Shown here: positions 10,222 through 18,784 of the stretch, in pieces
Layout: the number at the start of each line of letters is the position of its first letter
How positions within the stretch are numbered: position 1 is the first letter of the stretch
DNA from: an uncultured bacterium
Lineage (GTDB): Bacteria > Patescibacteriota > Patescibacteriia > SG8-24 > DYFX01
Length of the DNA: 64,000 nt
NCBI GenBank assembly: GCA_937900255.1
Contig: CALCDZ010000004.1
Coordinates: 100,413-164,412 of the forward strand
Reading direction: 5' to 3'
Notes under the pieces: model-generated
Databases searched by the model: none
What the model was told of the DNA's origin: nothing
What the model saw: only the letters and a program-made list of their open reading frames with translations
Program-made: the position numbers and the translations under genes

Positions 10222-10286
10222 ATCGGATTCATTATAACATGATTAGACATACGGTCGCCCCCAAACCTCCCGGCGCGATTCCGTAC

Positions 10287-10316
10287 AAAAACACCTCTCA
10301 AGTGAGAGGTGTTTTT
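10287..10316. terminator. Terminator downstream of tRNA-Asp
   Basis: AAAAACACCTCTC-AAGT-GAGAGGTGTTTTT perfect inverted repeat. Confidence 0.85.
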
Positions 10317-10318
10317 GC

Positions 10319-10396
10319 TGGCGGGCCAGACGGGATTCGAACCCGCGACCTTCTCCGTGACAGGGAGACGCGATAACCGGGCTTCGCTACTGGCCC
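10319..10396 (-). tRNA. tRNA-Asp(GTC)
   Basis: Cloverleaf: GGGCCAG/CTGGCCC acceptor, TCTCC-CTGTCAC-GGAGA anticodon arm, TTCGAAT T-loop, encoded CCA. Confidence 0.97.
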
Positions 10397-10494
10397 ATTT
10401 TTTGACTGGCTTAATGTAGCATAGGGGCTCCAGGAAGACAAGGGGGCCTCGGGGGGCTTCATTCCTCGGTCTTTTTGCCTTATACTGTCATGGT

Positions 10495-10857
10495 ATGGAG
10501 GAGCTGCCGTTCATCTCCAAATTGGCGCACGATCCGGTGCGCGCGTACGTGGAGACCTTGCTGGCCAAGGCAGGTTTCGCGCATGCGGGCGGCGTAGAGC
10601 GGGCTGAGGCGGTCGAGACGCTTACGGCCGAAGCCGAACGTCGCATCGGCCTGGAACTGATGCAGGCCGTCGATCCGCATTCGCTGCAGGCCTTCCGGCA
10701 GTTGGCGGCGGAGGACGCCACGGAAGAGGAGCTGGCGGCCTTCTTCGACGTGCGCGTTCCGGACGCCGAGGCGCGCGTCCGGCAGGCGCTTGAAGCGTTC
10801 GGACGCGAGTGTCTTGAACGGGCTACCGCATTGCGCGCCGAACTGCATCTGTCATGA
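10495..10857 (+). CDS. Hypothetical helical protein
   Basis: 120-aa ORF with ATGA overlap into the next gene. Confidence 0.65.
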   Translation: MEELPFISKLAHDPVRAYVETLLAKAGFAHAGGVERAEAVETLTAEAERRIGLELMQAVDPHSLQAFRQLAAEDATEEELAAFFDVRVPDAEARVRQALEAFGRECLERATALRAELHLS

Positions 10858-12266
10858 AGGCATCGGATCTGCGCCGTCATTTGCTGGATGACGAGCTCGA
10901 ACGCCTGGACCTCGCATCGGACCGCGCGGAGGCCGTATCCGCTTTCCGTTCGATCGTGGACCGGCTCGCGGAAACGGAGCGCCGCTTCGCTTTGGACAGG
11001 AGCGCCCGCGATAAAGTCGCGGTCCGTGCCGCAAGCCTGCTTCAGGCGTCTTCTCCCGTTCCGGTCTCGACCAGGCTGGCGTTCCTGAAAGGCGATTGGC
11101 ACGGGCGCGCGGCGGCCGCTTCCGCGCTGTTGCACGAGGGGGATGCGCTTCGGTGCGTCGGCAGCCTGTCTGTGCGTGCGTGGCGGGACGGTCATGGCGA
11201 GCGCCGAGGCCTGCTCGATGGCGCCGAGGCGGCACGGGCGCTGGCGACCGCGTTTCGGGAAGTCGGTTCGCCCGGGGTCCTGAAGGCGCAGGAAGAACTC
11301 AGGGGCTCGGCGGCCGTGGCTTTGCGTCACGAGAGGGGAGGCTCGGCGGTTTGGGAACGGGCGCTGCGCCCGCTGCTCCGGGAGTTCGCCTGGAACGCGC
11401 AGGGCATCGGCAAGGATCGGCGGGATGCCGCGCTCGAAGCGATCAAGGCTTCGGCCGTCCTGACCGGTCAGGCCCGGCAAGGGGTCCGTGACGATCTCCC
11501 GGTCCTCCTTGGGTCCGCGGCGCGGGCGTCCTTGTCTGTCCGTCGTTCGGAGGTGCCGGCAGCACCGTCTGCCCTCAACCTTTTGGCCGAAGAGATGAAA
11601 GCCCGCAACAGGCTTCGGTCGGAGATTTTCGGCGTCCTTGAAGGCGATGAGGACCGTCTTTTCGGAGCCAGCGCCATCGGAGCCGTCTTGAGCACCGCCA
11701 TCGTGCGCCGTCGATCCATCAGGACTTCTCCGGCACCTCTCCTCGGCCTGATCTTGCCTGAAGCCTGGGTCGAACGTTTCGCCCACCTGACGGCGGCAGA
11801 TGCCGCCGGCGAGCTCGAACGTCTCGCGGTGGACCCTCGTTTGCACCGGGATGCGCAAGTCGCGGCCGAGTTCGCGTCTGGAGTCGTCAAGGCACACCCA
11901 GCCGTCGTCCGCGTCTCGTTCGCGGAAGCGCTCGGCCTGCAGCCTCCGCCGCTGCGCTTCGACCGGCTTCCGATCGGACGGCTTTTCCGTGCCGCGCCGC
12001 GCGGCAAGCGCCCTGCCCGCATGCTCTGCCGAGGGAAGAACGGGCGATTGATCCGTTGCCGGGCGGTGGCCGATACGACCGGCGCCATGGTCGGATACGT
12101 GGCGTTCGACCCCCTGAGCCGCGAGTACGGCGGTCGTCCGTTGTTCGCGGCCTACGGGCTCGACGGGCAGCGTCAGGGCTACGCTTGGGCCGATGAGACG
12201 CTCTATCGCTGGGCCGGGGTTCCGGAGCAAGGTTTCGTCAGCGTACCGGAATCGATCCCGCTTTGA
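10854..12266 (+). CDS. Hypothetical protein (470 aa)
   Basis: Long ORF translationally coupled to the upstream gene; no motif recognised. Confidence 0.55.
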   Translation: MKASDLRRHLLDDELERLDLASDRAEAVSAFRSIVDRLAETERRFALDRSARDKVAVRAASLLQASSPVPVSTRLAFLKGDWHGRAAAASALLHEGDALRCVGSLSVRAWRDGHGERRGLLDGAEAARALATAFREVGSPGVLKAQEELRGSAAVALRHERGGSAVWERALRPLLREFAWNAQGIGKDRRDAALEAIKASAVLTGQARQGVRDDLPVLLGSAARASLSVRRSEVPAAPSALNLLAEEMKARNRLRSEIFGVLEGDEDRLFGASAIGAVLSTAIVRRRSIRTSPAPLLGLILPEAWVERFAHLTAADAAGELERLAVDPRLHRDAQVAAEFASGVVKAHPAVVRVSFAEALGLQPPPLRFDRLPIGRLFRAAPRGKRPARMLCRGKNGRLIRCRAVADTTGAMVGYVAFDPLSREYGGRPLFAAYGLDGQRQGYAWADETLYRWAGVPEQGFVSVPESIPL

Positions 12267-12327
12267 AGGAAAAGAAAACGACCCGGCCTGCGTCAGATGA
12301 CGCGGGTCGGGTCTTGCGTTCGGGCTG

Positions 12328-13005
12328 TCAGGGGAGCGGTCGAAACGCCTGCTTCAACTCGTCGGCGTTTTGCGGAGACCCCACGATCTTCTCCCGAGTT
12401 TCCGGCGTGAAGACCGCTTCGAACACGGCGTCTGCGTGCAACGCAAGGTCGCAGAGGGGAATCGGATCTACTTGGACAGGCGTCCTGCCTCCCCAGTGCT
12501 CCGGCTTGAACCAGTAGCCATCGACATTCCCGGTCGCCGGCAGACCGCAGCAGACGCAGTTGACCTGCGGCTTCGGGGTACCGCGTTCGGCAGCAAGTCC
12601 TGCTTTCTCAGGCGGCTGCGAGAAGGCCTCCAGCATTTCCTCCTTGAAACGCTCGAAGCCCTTCATGTGCGCGGCCTCCACTTCGGCCTTGGCACGAGCC
12701 AGCTCTTCTTTCATCAACGCCACTCTGAGCAGATTCAGCTCCCTTGAGGAGGCTTCCAGGGCTGCCCGATCGGCAGCGCGTTCTGCCGCATGCCGCTCCT
12801 CCGCTTCCCGGAGCGCCGCTTTGAAGGTCTCTTCCAGGGCTGCCCGATCGGCAGCGCGTTCCGCCGCATGCCGCTCCGCCTCTTGGAGCGCTGCTTCGGC
12901 AGCTTTGGCTGCGTCCTTTTTGCTCTGCTCGAGATTGTGTCGGAGCCGACGGTTCTCTTGAGCGAATGCAAGGAGCTTCTGCTGGTCAGTCCCTTGGGCA
13001 TCCAT
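12328..13005 (-). CDS. Coiled-coil protein with internal duplication and C-terminal Cys/His (HNH-like) motif
   Basis: GAGGAG SD; ERHAAERAADRAALE twice; CVCCG..HWGG..LC..H. Confidence 0.7.
   Translation of the reverse strand: MDAQGTDQQKLLAFAQENRRLRHNLEQSKKDAAKAAEAALQEAERHAAERAADRAALEETFKAALREAEERHAAERAADRAALEASSRELNLLRVALMKEELARAKAEVEAAHMKGFERFKEEMLEAFSQPPEKAGLAAERGTPKPQVNCVCCGLPATGNVDGYWFKPEHWGGRTPVQVDPIPLCDLALHADAVFEAVFTPETREKIVGSPQNADELKQAFRPLP
12753..12877. repeat. Intragenic direct repeat, 47 bp at 78-bp period
   Basis: CTTCCAGGGCTGCCCGATCGGCAGCGCGTTCyGCCGCATGCCGCTCC at 12753 and 12831. Confidence 0.85.
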
Positions 13006-13157
13006 GTCTACACTCCTCTGTGGGGTTGTTCGTGTCGAAAGGACGGGGCACGGCTTGCGTGAAGCCGGGACCCCTTACGAAAGGGGACACGGCAGCATCC
13101 CATGAAAAACCAAAAAAGTCAAGACGCGCATCGGCATCCTGACTTTCCTGTTCGGGC

Positions 13158-13517
13158 TTATTTTGCGGCCAGCTTGACGGTCGTCTCGACTAAGGCCTTG
13201 AAGACGGCCGGATGATTGGCGGCCAGGTCGGCCAGGACCTTGCGGTCGAGGGCGATGTTGGCTTTCTTGAGCATTGCGGCGAACTTGCTGTAGCTCAGGC
13301 CATTCTCGTGGAGACCGGCATTGAGGCGGATCAGCCAGAGGCTCCGGAACGCGCGCTTCTTGTTGCGGCGGTCGCGGTAGGCGTAGGCGCCGGCCTTGGT
13401 GGCGGCGGTCTTGGCCAGCTTGATCTTGCTCTTGCGGCCCCACATCATTCCCTTGGTCTTCTTCAGGATGCGGGCTCGCTTGCGGGCGCGGACTTTTCCT
13501 CGTTTGACGCGCGGCAT
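13158..13517 (-). CDS. rplT: 50S ribosomal protein bL20
   Basis: MPRVKRG, YAYRDRRNKKRAFRSLWLIRLNA, LDRKVLADLA. Confidence 0.98.
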   Translation of the reverse strand: MPRVKRGKVRARKRARILKKTKGMMWGRKSKIKLAKTAATKAGAYAYRDRRNKKRAFRSLWLIRLNAGLHENGLSYSKFAAMLKKANIALDRKVLADLAANHPAVFKALVETTVKLAAK

Positions 13518-13518
13518 A

Positions 13519-13719
13519 TCAGACGTCGTGGTTAGGGAGCAGGCTCTTCAAGGAGTGCCGGTAGGATTCGGACATGTTCGTGTCCCGGCGCTTCTTCTTC
13601 GTGACCTTGCCGGTATCGCGCGCGTTGAAGTGGTCCTGCCCGGCGTGCCGCTTGAGCAGCTTGCCGTTCTTGGTCACCTTGATGCGCTTGGCGAAGGCTT
13701 TCTTCGTCTTTGCTTTCAT
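13519..13719 (-). CDS. rpmI: 50S ribosomal protein bL35
   Basis: KTKKAFAKRIKVTKNGK; lies between infC and rplT. Confidence 0.96.
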   Translation of the reverse strand: MKAKTKKAFAKRIKVTKNGKLLKRHAGQDHFNARDTGKVTKKKRRDTNMSESYRHSLKSLLPNHDV

Positions 13720-13758
13720 AGATGCGTGATGATTGACCGTTGAAAATGCCGGTCAAGC

Positions 13759-14310
13759 TTACTTCTTTCCCACGATGGTTGTCAACTGGCCGCCCTGGGC
13801 CTGGATCGGCTGCTCGGTCGTCAGGGGGAACTTCTGCTGGAGCTGCCGCACGAAGCCCGCGATGACGCCCTTGGCCAGCTCGGCGTGGGCCTTTTCGCGC
13901 CCGCGCAGGATGATCTCGATCCGGAGCTTGTCGCCCTCGTCCAGGAACTTCTCGGCCAGGCGCATGCGGGTCTCCAGGTCGTGGGCGCCGATGCGGGGGG
14001 AGAGGCGGATGCCTTTGACTTCCACCTGCTTGGCCTTGGCCTTCTGCTTGCGCATCTCGCGCTCGCGCTCGTATTTGAACTGTCCGAGGTTGAGGATCTT
14101 GGCGATCGGCGGCTGGGGCCGAGGATCGACTTCCACCAGGTCATACCCGCGTTCCTGCGCGATGCCGACGGCCTGCATCGTGGAGAGGACGCCCAGGTTG
14201 ACGCCGTTCTCGTCGATGACGCGGACTTCGGGCGCGAGGATCTGCTGGTTCGCCCGGTACAGCGGGGCCGTTTCGACGGGACGGTGGAACTTTTTGGGAT
14301 GGATGCGCAT
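13759..14310 (-). CDS. infC: Translation initiation factor IF-3
   Basis: RANQQI..EVRVIDENG, DLVEV..PPIAKI, VKGIRLSPRIGAHD, RGRE. Confidence 0.97.
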   Translation of the reverse strand: MRIHPKKFHRPVETAPLYRANQQILAPEVRVIDENGVNLGVLSTMQAVGIAQERGYDLVEVDPRPQPPIAKILNLGQFKYEREREMRKQKAKAKQVEVKGIRLSPRIGAHDLETRMRLAEKFLDEGDKLRIEIILRGREKAHAELAKGVIAGFVRQLQQKFPLTTEQPIQAQGGQLTTIVGKK

Positions 14311-14412
14311 TGGCGGTTTTCCCCCTCTTTTTGGGTCGGGAGGGGTCAGGAGAGTTATGTACGCTGGCCACTATAGCCGATTGGCTGAAATCAGGCAAGA
14401 TTCGGCAGGGTC

Positions 14413-14441
14413 TTGACAGCGGTCACGAGACATGATAGCGT
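14413..14441 (+). promoter_or_regulatory. Sigma70-type promoter divergent from infC
   Basis: TTGACA-N17-TAGCGT with TG at the extended -10 position. Confidence 0.55.
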
Positions 14442-14504
14442 GCATGTCGAACGACACCCATTCCGGGTGTGCGACGAAATCCTCGACGACCCAGGAGGTA
14501 CAGG

Positions 14505-14600
14505 ATGACCGGACCGCCCAACAGCCCCTTCCACGCCGACGCGACTATCACCATGAACCCGTCCACCACCGCGACCAGCCACACCGGCGACGGCAGCTAG
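14505..14600 (+). CDS. Putative 31-aa peptide MTGPPNSPFHADATITMNPSTTATSHTGDGS
   Basis: AGGAGG at 14493-14498, 6 nt before ATG; upstream promoter; below the ORF-track cutoff. Confidence 0.4.
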   Translation: MTGPPNSPFHADATITMNPSTTATSHTGDGS

Positions 14601-14747
14601 CAGCCGCCGCGCGGCTGCTCGCTGTCGCGGGACGGCTCGATGATCGATCCGTCCCGGCTCAACCCTCCGCCACCGCCCACGATCTCGTTCGTGGGCGTTG
14701 CTATTTCAGGCATATTTTACGGCGATCGATCACGGACATGGGGTCGG

Positions 14748-14797
14748 CTGAAAACAAAGAGCACCCGGACGCGAGAACGAGGTGTGCTCTTTTCGTC
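14748..14797 (-). repeat. Duplicated terminator-like hairpin, copy 1
   Basis: CTGAAAACAAAGAGCACCCGGACG identical to 15600-15623; AAAGAGCAC/GTGCTCTTT stem. Confidence 0.75.
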
Positions 14798-14812
14798 ACG
14801 GGCGCTCGAGAT

Positions 14813-15118
14813 TTACCGGAGGGTGAGGTACCCGCTGCGGTCTCGGATGCAGTAGCAGCCGGAGCATTCGAACTCTTGACCCCCGGGCCGCATGCGGATG
14901 TAGCCGCGCACGAGCCAACTTTCGCCGGACCCGTCTTCGCGCGTGAGACCGGTGATGCGCACCTCGTGCACGGTCGCGCCGCTGATCATGCGATTCGGGT
15001 CCATCGTAATCCCGAAGCGCACGCGAATCTGCGTCTCCGTCGTCCCATAGCCGAGGGAAACGAAGAGATCGTGCTTCGAAGGGCCCTCAACTATATAGTG
15101 AAGCTGATTTCGTGCCAT
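14813..15118 (-). CDS. Hypothetical protein (101 aa)
   Basis: AGGAGGT SD; promoter TTGACA-N17-TATCTT at 15246-15218; downstream hairpin. Confidence 0.75.
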   Translation of the reverse strand: MARNQLHYIVEGPSKHDLFVSLGYGTTETQIRVRFGITMDPNRMISGATVHEVRITGLTREDGSGESWLVRGYIRMRPGGQEFECSGCYCIRDRSGYLTLR

Positions 15119-15313
15119 ACGGCACCTCCTGGCAGGAACATGTCTCTGAATGGGCAGAAACGACCCCTGAGCCTTGCGGCCGACCTCCCCATACGGGCAG
15201 GAATTATCGGACGTCTAAAGATAGCACGAAAAGGCGGTTTTGTCAATGTCCTCCGTACCGCCTTGACATCCGCAGTCGACATCGGGCAGGACGCCGTCAT
15301 ATCCTTAACCCAT

Positions 15314-15595
15314 ATGGGCATGCTTTCCACCGACGATCTCCACGCCATCGGCACGATCGTGGATGAGAAGATCAAGGCGAATAATGAGATCCAGACCGCG
15401 GCGATCACCGAGACGATCCTTTTGGTCGTGAAAGATGGTTTTGATGGGGTCGATGCGCGTTTCGACGAGATGGCGACAAAGGTTGAATTGAACGAAATGA
15501 GGCATGAATTGATGGATCATACCGACCGCGTCGTCCAGAAGTCGGTAGGGGAGTTGCGGGCGGAATTGCGTGAAGCGAACGTGCTGGCGTCCTAA
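15314..15595 (+). CDS. Hypothetical coiled-coil protein (93 aa)
   Basis: C-terminal part of track ORF 14432..15595; GFDGVDARFDEMATKVEL heptad pattern. Confidence 0.65.
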   Translation: MGMLSTDDLHAIGTIVDEKIKANNEIQTAAITETILLVVKDGFDGVDARFDEMATKVELNEMRHELMDHTDRVVQKSVGELRAELREANVLAS

Positions 15596-15599
15596 ACCC

Positions 15600-15647
15600 C
15601 TGAAAACAAAGAGCACCCGGACGAGAGCGAGGGGTGCTCTTTGCGTC
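15600..15647 (-). repeat. Duplicated terminator-like hairpin, copy 2
   Basis: Near-copy of 14748-14797, between convergent genes. Confidence 0.75.
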
Positions 15648-15657
15648 GTGGGTGCGG

Positions 15658-15966
15658 TCAGGCGGACAACAGGTGGTCGACCACCCGCTCGTAGAGCGGC
15701 AGGAGGATCCAGTGCATCTGCTGGGTCGCCTCGTCCGTCCCCAGGGACGTTTCGCATCGGCAGGTGAGATGCAGCGGGCGCCCCGTCCAGGGGGACTTAT
15801 GGAGCTCGATGGAGCCTCCGTTGAACATGACCATGAAACCGTCCTTCGTCAACTGGAGATCGGTCGCCTTGGGGCTGCCGAACACCTCCGGGTGAATCGA
15901 GCGGTAGTTGGGATGGACGTAGCGAATGAGCTGGTTGAGGATCCCGTCGATGGCCTCTTGGTTCAT
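15658..15966 (-). CDS. Hypothetical protein (102 aa)
   Basis: AAGGAG SD before MNQEAID; promoter TTGACA-N17-TAGAGT at 16048-16020. Confidence 0.7.
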   Translation of the reverse strand: MNQEAIDGILNQLIRYVHPNYRSIHPEVFGSPKATDLQLTKDGFMVMFNGGSIELHKSPWTGRPLHLTCRCETSLGTDEATQQMHWILLPLYERVVDHLLSA

Positions 15967-16088
15967 CGTGATCTCCTTGTTGTTGGAGGGTCGTCGATTG
16001 AGAGTTTTCGTAACGGCCCACTCTAGCAGTAATCTGACCATTTGTCAACCCTGACTCTCGGACTTGACCCTCTTCTATAGGTGTGATA

Positions 16089-16117
16089 TCAATTCCCAGT
16101 AAGATACTAGGAATTGA
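16089..16117. promoter_or_regulatory. Candidate Rrf2 operator
   Basis: TCAATTCCCAGTA-AGA-TACTAGGAATTGA inverted repeat (12/13) immediately before the Rrf2 ATG. Confidence 0.7.
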
Positions 16118-16504
16118 ATGAAGTCCCTCTTGAAGGTCACTCGGCAGGCCGAACTCGGTTTGATCCTCGTTTCCGAACTCGCTCTCCACCCGGGGGAGCT
16201 GGTTTCGCTTGAGGCGGTCTCCAAAAAGACCGGGGCGTCCCGCAAGTTCCTGGAGCAGGTGGCCGGTGGGCTTCGGAAAGCGGGGTTGGTCGAAGGCGTG
16301 CGCGGCGCGGCCGGCGGGTATCGGCTGCGGCGGGCGGCGAAAGCCATCACCGTGGCGGAGGTGCTGCACGCCGTGGAAGGGCCGATGGACATCGACGCCT
16401 GCACGGCGCATGCCCACGGACACGCGGACTTGAGCATCATCACCAAGGTGCAGGGCCAAGTGATGGCGACCTTGATGAACACCTCGATGGCGGAACTCGC
16501 CTGA
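16118..16504 (+). CDS. Rrf2-family transcriptional regulator of the suf operon
   Basis: FLEQVAGGLRKAGLVEGVRGAAGGYRL..ITVAEVLHAVEG. Confidence 0.92.
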   Translation: MKSLLKVTRQAELGLILVSELALHPGELVSLEAVSKKTGASRKFLEQVAGGLRKAGLVEGVRGAAGGYRLRRAAKAITVAEVLHAVEGPMDIDACTAHAHGHADLSIITKVQGQVMATLMNTSMAELA

Positions 16505-16505
16505 T

Positions 16506-17897
16506 ATGCCCGCTACGGACTTCCGCGACGTCTACGACAAGGCCGCCACCGGCGTGACGCGCCACGCCTCCGCGCTCGGATTGACCGAAGAGGTCGTTCG
16601 GGAGATTTCGGCGTCCAAGGGTGAGCCGGAGTGGATGCTGGAGCTGCGGCTGAAAGCGTACGCGATGTACAAGCGCACGCCCAACCCTTCGTGGGGACCG
16701 GACCTCTCCGCGCTCGACCTCGATCAGATCACATATTTCGTGCGCCCGGATGCCGAAGAGTCGCAGTCCTGGGCCACGGTGCCGGACAAGATCCGCGAGA
16801 CCTTCGAGAAGCTCGGCATCCCGGAGGCGGAACGCCACGCGCTTTCGGGCGTCGGCGCGCAGTACGACTCCGAAGTCGTCTACCACAACCTCAAGAAGGA
16901 ATGGGAAGACAAGGGCGTGATCTTCGAGAACATGGACGTGGCGGTGCAGAAGTATCCGGAACTGGTGAAACGCTACTTCATGACCGATTGCATCCCGCCG
17001 CACGACCACAAGTTCATCATGATGCACGCCGCCGTCTGGAGCGGCGGCACCTTCATCTACGTGCCGAAGGGCGTGAAGGTGAACGTGCCGCTCCAGGCCT
17101 ATTTCCGCATGAACGCCGAACGCGGCGGCCAGTTCGAGCACACGCTCATCATCGCCGACGAAGGTTCCGAGATCCAATACATCGAAGGCTGTTCGGCGCC
17201 GCGCTACAACGCCAGCTCGATCCATGCCGGTTGCGTGGAACTGCACGTGCTGAAGGGCGCGCGTATCCGCTATTCGAGCGTCGAGAACTGGAGCAAGAAC
17301 ACCTACAACCTGAACACCAAGCGCGCCGTGGTCGACGAGGACGGCGTGGTGGAATGGGTGAACGGCAACATGGGTTCGGGCGTCACCATGCTTTACCCCT
17401 GCTCCATCCTGCGGGGCGAGCGCGCGCAGTCGCATTCCTTGGGCGTGGCATTCGCCGGCCCCGGACAGAACCAGGACACCGGCTCGAAAGTCATCCATGC
17501 CGCGCCGCGCACCACGAGCACCATCCGCGCCAAGAGCATCTCGAAAGGCGGCGGCGTCTCCTCGTACCGCGGCTACGTCAGCGCGACCGCTGCGGCCGTG
17601 GATTCCACGTCGAGCGTCACCTGCGACGCGCTGCTCATCGACGCCGGGTCCGTCTCCAACACCTACCCTTCGATGAAAGTCACGACCGACAAGGTCGAGG
17701 TGGCGCACGAGGCGACGGTCGGCAAGATCGGCGAAGAGGAGCTCTTCTACCTGATGTCGCGCGGGCTCACCCAGGAGGCGGCCATGCGTATGATCGTGAG
17801 CGGCTTCGTCGAGCCGATCGTGAAATCCCTTCCGCTCGAATACGCGGTGGAGCTCAATAAGCTGATCGAGCTCGAAATGGAAGGTTCCGTCGGCTGA
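16506..17897 (+). CDS. sufB: Fe-S cluster assembly protein SufB
   Basis: AQYDSEVVYH, GQFEHTLII, YIEGCSAP, HEATVGKI..LFYLMSRG. Confidence 0.97.
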   Translation: MPATDFRDVYDKAATGVTRHASALGLTEEVVREISASKGEPEWMLELRLKAYAMYKRTPNPSWGPDLSALDLDQITYFVRPDAEESQSWATVPDKIRETFEKLGIPEAERHALSGVGAQYDSEVVYHNLKKEWEDKGVIFENMDVAVQKYPELVKRYFMTDCIPPHDHKFIMMHAAVWSGGTFIYVPKGVKVNVPLQAYFRMNAERGGQFEHTLIIADEGSEIQYIEGCSAPRYNASSIHAGCVELHVLKGARIRYSSVENWSKNTYNLNTKRAVVDEDGVVEWVNGNMGSGVTMLYPCSILRGERAQSHSLGVAFAGPGQNQDTGSKVIHAAPRTTSTIRAKSISKGGGVSSYRGYVSATAAAVDSTSSVTCDALLIDAGSVSNTYPSMKVTTDKVEVAHEATVGKIGEEELFYLMSRGLTQEAAMRMIVSGFVEPIVKSLPLEYAVELNKLIELEMEGSVG

Positions 17898-17898
17898 T

Positions 17899-18783
17899 AT
17901 GGCGATGAGACTCCTCAAATACGGCATCGGCATCTTCATGCCGGAGGCGCCCGAAGGCTTCGACCCTTCCGGCCTGCTTGAGGTCGCGCCGAAATCTTTC
18001 GACATCCCGGCGGGAGAGGATGCCGGACTGATCGTGCTCGAAGCCCCGGCCGGCCGCGCGTCGCTCAGGATCGCGATGGGCACTGGTTCCCGGGCGCGTT
18101 TCGTCGAGATGACGCGCTCCGCCAGGGATCTGCGCGTCGAACTGGTCCTCGGGGAAGGGGCGACGGCGGAATATCTTTCCGTCGCGGGCGAGTCCGCCTT
18201 CGAATCGATCCGTCGCGAGGCGCATCTGGCGAAAGGGGCCCGCCTGAAATGGATCGACGCCTGCCTTTCGCCGGAGTTCTCGAGGACGTCTTCGGTGACG
18301 TTTCTCGAAGGCGAGGGCGCCGAGGTCGCTTCGGTCGGCCTCCTGATCGGCTCCGGCCGCCAGCGGTACGATGCCTGGCACGAGATCCGACACCTGGCGC
18401 CGCGGACCGTTTCCGACCTGAAGGTGCGCGCGCTCCTCTCCGGCGGCGCCAAGGCGATCGTCCGCGGCCTGGTCCGCGTCGAGAAGGACGCGCCGGGCTG
18501 CAGCGGTTTCCAGCGCGAGGAGACGCTGCTGCTTTCGGAGGACGCCGAGATCGACGCGGTGCCGAACCTCGAGATCGAGAACCAGGACGTGAAGTGCGGC
18601 CACGCCGCTTCGATCGGCCGTCTCGACAAGGAGAAGCTGTTCTATCTGATGTCGCGCGGCCTTGACCGCGCCGCCGCCGAGCGACTGCTCATCGACGCCT
18701 TCATCGAGCCGTTCCTCGCGGCCGTCACGGACGACGCCTTGCGCGCTTCTCTCGCCGAGACGATCGCCGCCAAACTCGCCTGA
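17899..18783 (+). CDS. sufD: Fe-S cluster assembly protein SufD
   Basis: PNLEIENQDVKCGHAASIG..LFYLMSRGL. Confidence 0.92.
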   Translation: MAMRLLKYGIGIFMPEAPEGFDPSGLLEVAPKSFDIPAGEDAGLIVLEAPAGRASLRIAMGTGSRARFVEMTRSARDLRVELVLGEGATAEYLSVAGESAFESIRREAHLAKGARLKWIDACLSPEFSRTSSVTFLEGEGAEVASVGLLIGSGRQRYDAWHEIRHLAPRTVSDLKVRALLSGGAKAIVRGLVRVEKDAPGCSGFQREETLLLSEDAEIDAVPNLEIENQDVKCGHAASIGRLDKEKLFYLMSRGLDRAAAERLLIDAFIEPFLAAVTDDALRASLAETIAAKLA

Positions 18784-18784
18784 T

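Noticed and set aside
10319-13005. Island integrated at tRNA-Asp
   Set aside because: No duplicated tRNA 3' end or nearby integrase was seen, and the tRNA's terminator is directly adjacent.
14425-14713. Minus-strand ORF with an in-frame TAG (possible recoding or pseudogene)
   Set aside because: No recognisable protein; promoter and SD signals favour the plus strand; TAG and TGA act as normal stops elsewhere in the window.
14432-15595. 387-aa plus-strand ORF
   Set aside because: It crosses a terminator-like hairpin, an antisense gene and its promoter; only the part from 15314 looks protein-like.
14748-15647. Integron attC sites or CRISPR repeats
   Set aside because: Only two copies, 852 bp apart; no RYYYAAC/GTTRRRY ends, no intI or cas genes, and no repeat-spacer array seen anywhere in the window.
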